This document shows positions 61,573 to 64,000 of a stretch of DNA of 64,000 nt, piece by piece. Made by a program: the position numbers and the translations under genes. The DNA is from an uncultured Pseudomonadota bacterium (GTDB lineage: Bacteria > Pseudomonadota > Alphaproteobacteria > JACZXZ01): NCBI GenBank assembly GCA_963749075.1, contig CAVVLJ010000017.1, positions 256,001 to 320,000 on the forward strand. Direction: 5' to 3'. The first letter of the stretch is position 1; the number at the start of each line of letters is the position of its first letter. The notes under the pieces were generated by a model. That model saw nothing but the letters and a program-made list of their open reading frames with translations. It made no database searches and was not told the DNA's origin.

Positions 61573-62459
61573 CGCTGCCTCCGGGGTGGTAGCCCGAGGC
61601 TATCCAGGTTGCGCGGGCGCGAGGGGCGAGCTCTCGCTGGCATCGCGGGTCCGCGGCCGGCGCTCTTGGCCACAACCTTGCTCCCCACGCGCGCGGCCCT
61701 GGGCTCGACCAGGTTGGCGATGACGCCGCGGAGCGTGCGCACCTCCTGCGAGGTGAGCTCGGCGCGCGCCAGGAGGTTGCGCAGGTTGCGCACGACCGAG
61801 GGCCGCTTCTCGCGGTTGCGCAAGAAGCCGCAGGCGTCGAGCTCGTGCTCGAGATGGGCGAAGAGGCCCACGAGCTCGGCGCGGCTCGCGCGCGCGCTGC
61901 GGCCGGTCGGCACGTGGCGCGCGGGCACCTCGCTTGCCGCCTGCCACCATTCGTAGCCGACCACGAGCACCGCCTGGGCGAGATTGAGCGAGGAGAAGGC
62001 GGGATTGAGCGGCACGTGGAGATGCACGTCGGCGAGTGCCAGCTGGTCGTTGGTGAGGCCCATGCGCTCGGGCCCGAAGAGGATGCCGCAGCGCTCGCCC
62101 GAGGCTGCGGCCGCGCGCATCTCGGCAGCGGCATTGCGCGGCGTGGCGACCGGCTTCACCATCTCGCGCGGCCTGGCGCTCGCGGCATAGAGGCGCTGCA
62201 GGTCGGCCGTCGCCGCTTCGACGCTTCCGAAGAGGGTTGCATCCTTGAGCACGCGCTCGGCTCCCGAGGCGGCGGCTTCGGCCTTGGCATTGGGCCAGCC
62301 GTCGCGCGGCCGCACCAGGCGCAGCTCGGTGAGCCCGCAATTCATCATGGCGCGCGCGGCAAAGCCGATGTTCTCGCCAAGCTGGGGCTCGACGAGGATC
62401 ACCGCCGGCCCCCGCAGCTTGCCCGCGCCGCGCTGCTTCGTTCTGTCGGTGCCGGCCAT
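61569..62459 (-). CDS. trmJ: tRNA (C32/U32)-2'-O-methyltransferase, TrmJ/TrmH family
   Basis: LVEPQLGENIG..ARAM.N.G, FGPER.GL, SSLNLAQAV. Confidence 0.9.
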   Translation of the reverse strand: MAGTDRTKQRGAGKLRGPAVILVEPQLGENIGFAARAMMNCGLTELRLVRPRDGWPNAKAEAAASGAERVLKDATLFGSVEAATADLQRLYAASARPREMVKPVATPRNAAAEMRAAAASGERCGILFGPERMGLTNDQLALADVHLHVPLNPAFSSLNLAQAVLVVGYEWWQAASEVPARHVPTGRSARASRAELVGLFAHLEHELDACGFLRNREKRPSVVRNLRNLLARAELTSQEVRTLRGVIANLVEPRAARVGSKVVAKSAGRGPAMPARARPSRPRNLDSLGLPPRRQR

Positions 62460-62461
62460 GT

Positions 62462-62555
62462 CAGACGGCGGACGACGGACGACGGACGACAGAAGAGAAA
62501 AATGATACCGAGACGCTCATCGCACGCATTTCCGGCATCCGTCGTCCGTCATCTG
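62462..62555. repeat. Heptamer tandem repeats (GGACGAC)n with inverted counterpart
   Basis: CAGACGGCGGACGACGGACGACGGACGACAGA ... TCCGTCGTCCGTCATCTG. Confidence 0.8.
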
Positions 62556-64000
62556 CCGCGCGCCAGCGCGGCCCCGTCTCGGTGGAGCTTGTAGACGATG
62601 CCGTCGCAGAGCGCCTCGTAGGACGCCTCGATGATGTTGGCGGAGATGCCAACCGTCGACCAGCGCCCGCCGTGGCCGTCCGCACTCTCGATCATCACAC
62701 GGGTGACCGCCTTGGTGCCCTCGGCCGGCGTCAGGATGCGCACCTTGTAGTCGACGAGGCGCATGTCGGCGAGCTGCGGATAGTGCTTGGCGAGCGCCTT
62801 CCTGAGCGCCGTGTCGAGTGCGTCGACGGGCCCGTTGCCCTCGGCCACCTCCATGTGCGGCTCGTCGCCCACCACGAGTTTGATCACTGCCTGGGAGACG
62901 GTGACGATGGCGCCCTTGGCGCTCCAGCGCCGCTCGGTCTCGACGCGGAAGCTCTGGGTCAGGAAGTATTGCGCCATGCCGTCGAGCTCGCGCCGGGCGA
63001 GGAGCTCGAAGCTCGCCTCGGCGCCGTCGTAGGCGTAGCCCTGGTACTCGCGCTCCTTCACCTTCTCGACGAGCTTGGCTACCTTGGGATCGTCCGCCTC
63101 GACGGCGAGGCCGATCTCGCGGAAGCGCGCCAGGATGTTTGAACGGCCCGCCTGGTCCGACACCACGACGTGGCGCGCGTTGCCGACGAGCTCGGGGCGG
63201 ATGTGCTCGTAGCAGGCCGGATCCTTCTCCACCGCCGAGACATGGAGCCCGCCCTTGTGGGCAAAGGCGCTCTCGCCCACGTAAGGGGCGTTGCGCCGAG
63301 GTGCGCGGTTGAGGCGCTCGTCGACGAGGCGCGAGACATGGGTGAGCCTGGCAAGCTCGCTTGCCGCGACCCCCGTCTCGCAGCCCATCTTGAGCATGAG
63401 CGTCGGGATGAGCGAGACGAGGTTGGCATTGCCGCAGCGCTCGCCGAGGCCGTTGACGGTGCCCTGAATCTGGCGTGCGCCGGCGCGCACCGCGGCGAGC
63501 GAGTTGGCCACCGCATTGTCCGTGTCGTTGTGGCAATGGATGCCGAGCCGCTCGCCGGGGATGCGCTCGGCGACGCTGGCCACGATGCGCTCAACCTCGT
63601 GCGGCAAGCTGCCGCCGTTGGTATCGCAGAGCACGATCCAGGCCGCCCCCGCGGCATGGGCCGCCTCGACGCACTCGAGCGCATAGGCGGGATTGGCCTT
63701 ATAGCCGTCGAAGAAATGCTCGGCGTCGAACATCGCTTCGCGGCCGGCCGCACGCGCATGCGCGATGCTCTCCGCGATCATGCGCCGGTTCTCGGCGAGA
63801 TCGGTGCCGAGTGCCGTGGTGACGTGGTAGTCCCAGCTCTTGCCGACGAGGCAGAGGGTGGGAGCCGAGGTGCCCAAGAGCGCAGCCAAGCCGGGGTCGT
63901 TCGCCGCGCTGCGCCCGGCGCGCCGCGTCATGCCGAAGGCGGCGAGCCGCGCGTGGCGAAGCTGAGGTGCGCTCGCGAAGAAGGCGTCGTCGGTCGGATT
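62549..64000 (-). CDS. cimA: Citramalate synthase (LeuA/CimA family; start beyond window end)
   Basis: FGMTRR, DAEHFFDGY, LCDTNGG, HCHND, GERCGNANL, AHKGGLH, GNGPVDALD, L.DYKVRI. Confidence 0.9.
   Translation of the reverse strand, partial: NPTDDAFFASAPQLRHARLAAFGMTRRAGRSAANDPGLAALLGTSAPTLCLVGKSWDYHVTTALGTDLAENRRMIAESIAHARAAGREAMFDAEHFFDGYKANPAYALECVEAAHAAGAAWIVLCDTNGGSLPHEVERIVASVAERIPGERLGIHCHNDTDNAVANSLAAVRAGARQIQGTVNGLGERCGNANLVSLIPTLMLKMGCETGVAASELARLTHVSRLVDERLNRAPRRNAPYVGESAFAHKGGLHVSAVEKDPACYEHIRPELVGNARHVVVSDQAGRSNILARFREIGLAVEADDPKVAKLVEKVKEREYQGYAYDGAEASFELLARRELDGMAQYFLTQSFRVETERRWSAKGAIVTVSQAVIKLVVGDEPHMEVAEGNGPVDALDTALRKALAKHYPQLADMRLVDYKVRILTPAEGTKAVTRVMIESADGHGGRWSTVGISANIIEASYEALCDGIVYKLHRDGAALARGR

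Overview
High-GC (roughly 70% by eye) chromosomal window from an alphaproteobacterium, probably Rhodospirillales-like. The assignment rests on the zeta-subunit/DUF1476 gene next to purC-S-Q-L-bolA-grxD, sfsA-map-radC, soeABC and an LdtR-like MarR. The housekeeping backbone (lepB, cinA-like, sfsA, map, radC, purB, purCSQL, bolA, grxD, mlaC, rpsD, trmJ, cimA, tRNA-Leu(UAA)) is interleaved with accessory blocks: (1) a glycosyltransferase + E2-less TPP E1alpha/E1beta pair + ColD-type 3-dehydratase operon, suggesting a GDP-linked branched 3,6-dideoxy sugar pathway, with a second GT2/B12-radical-SAM/NUDIX group nearby; (2) a lower-GC islet with an HNH protein and an unknown partner, flanked by short GTCCGC/GCGGAC-type palindromes; (3) sulfur and oxygenase genes (TauD, SoeABC, a Mo oxidoreductase) and a NiCoT permease; (4) a 7-gene operon joining a three-subunit Co-type thiocyanate/nitrile-hydrolase-like enzyme to DUF305, a His-rich YncE beta-propeller and two DUF302 proteins; (5) toxin-antitoxin modules. 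A ~160-bp CTAG-bounded REPIN/MITE-like element occurs in several copies, and its core is flipped relative to its asymmetric ends in one copy. Four +1 frameshifts (sfsA x2, YncE, cupin) may be sequencing errors. All functional calls come from motif recognition by eye; no database searches were run.
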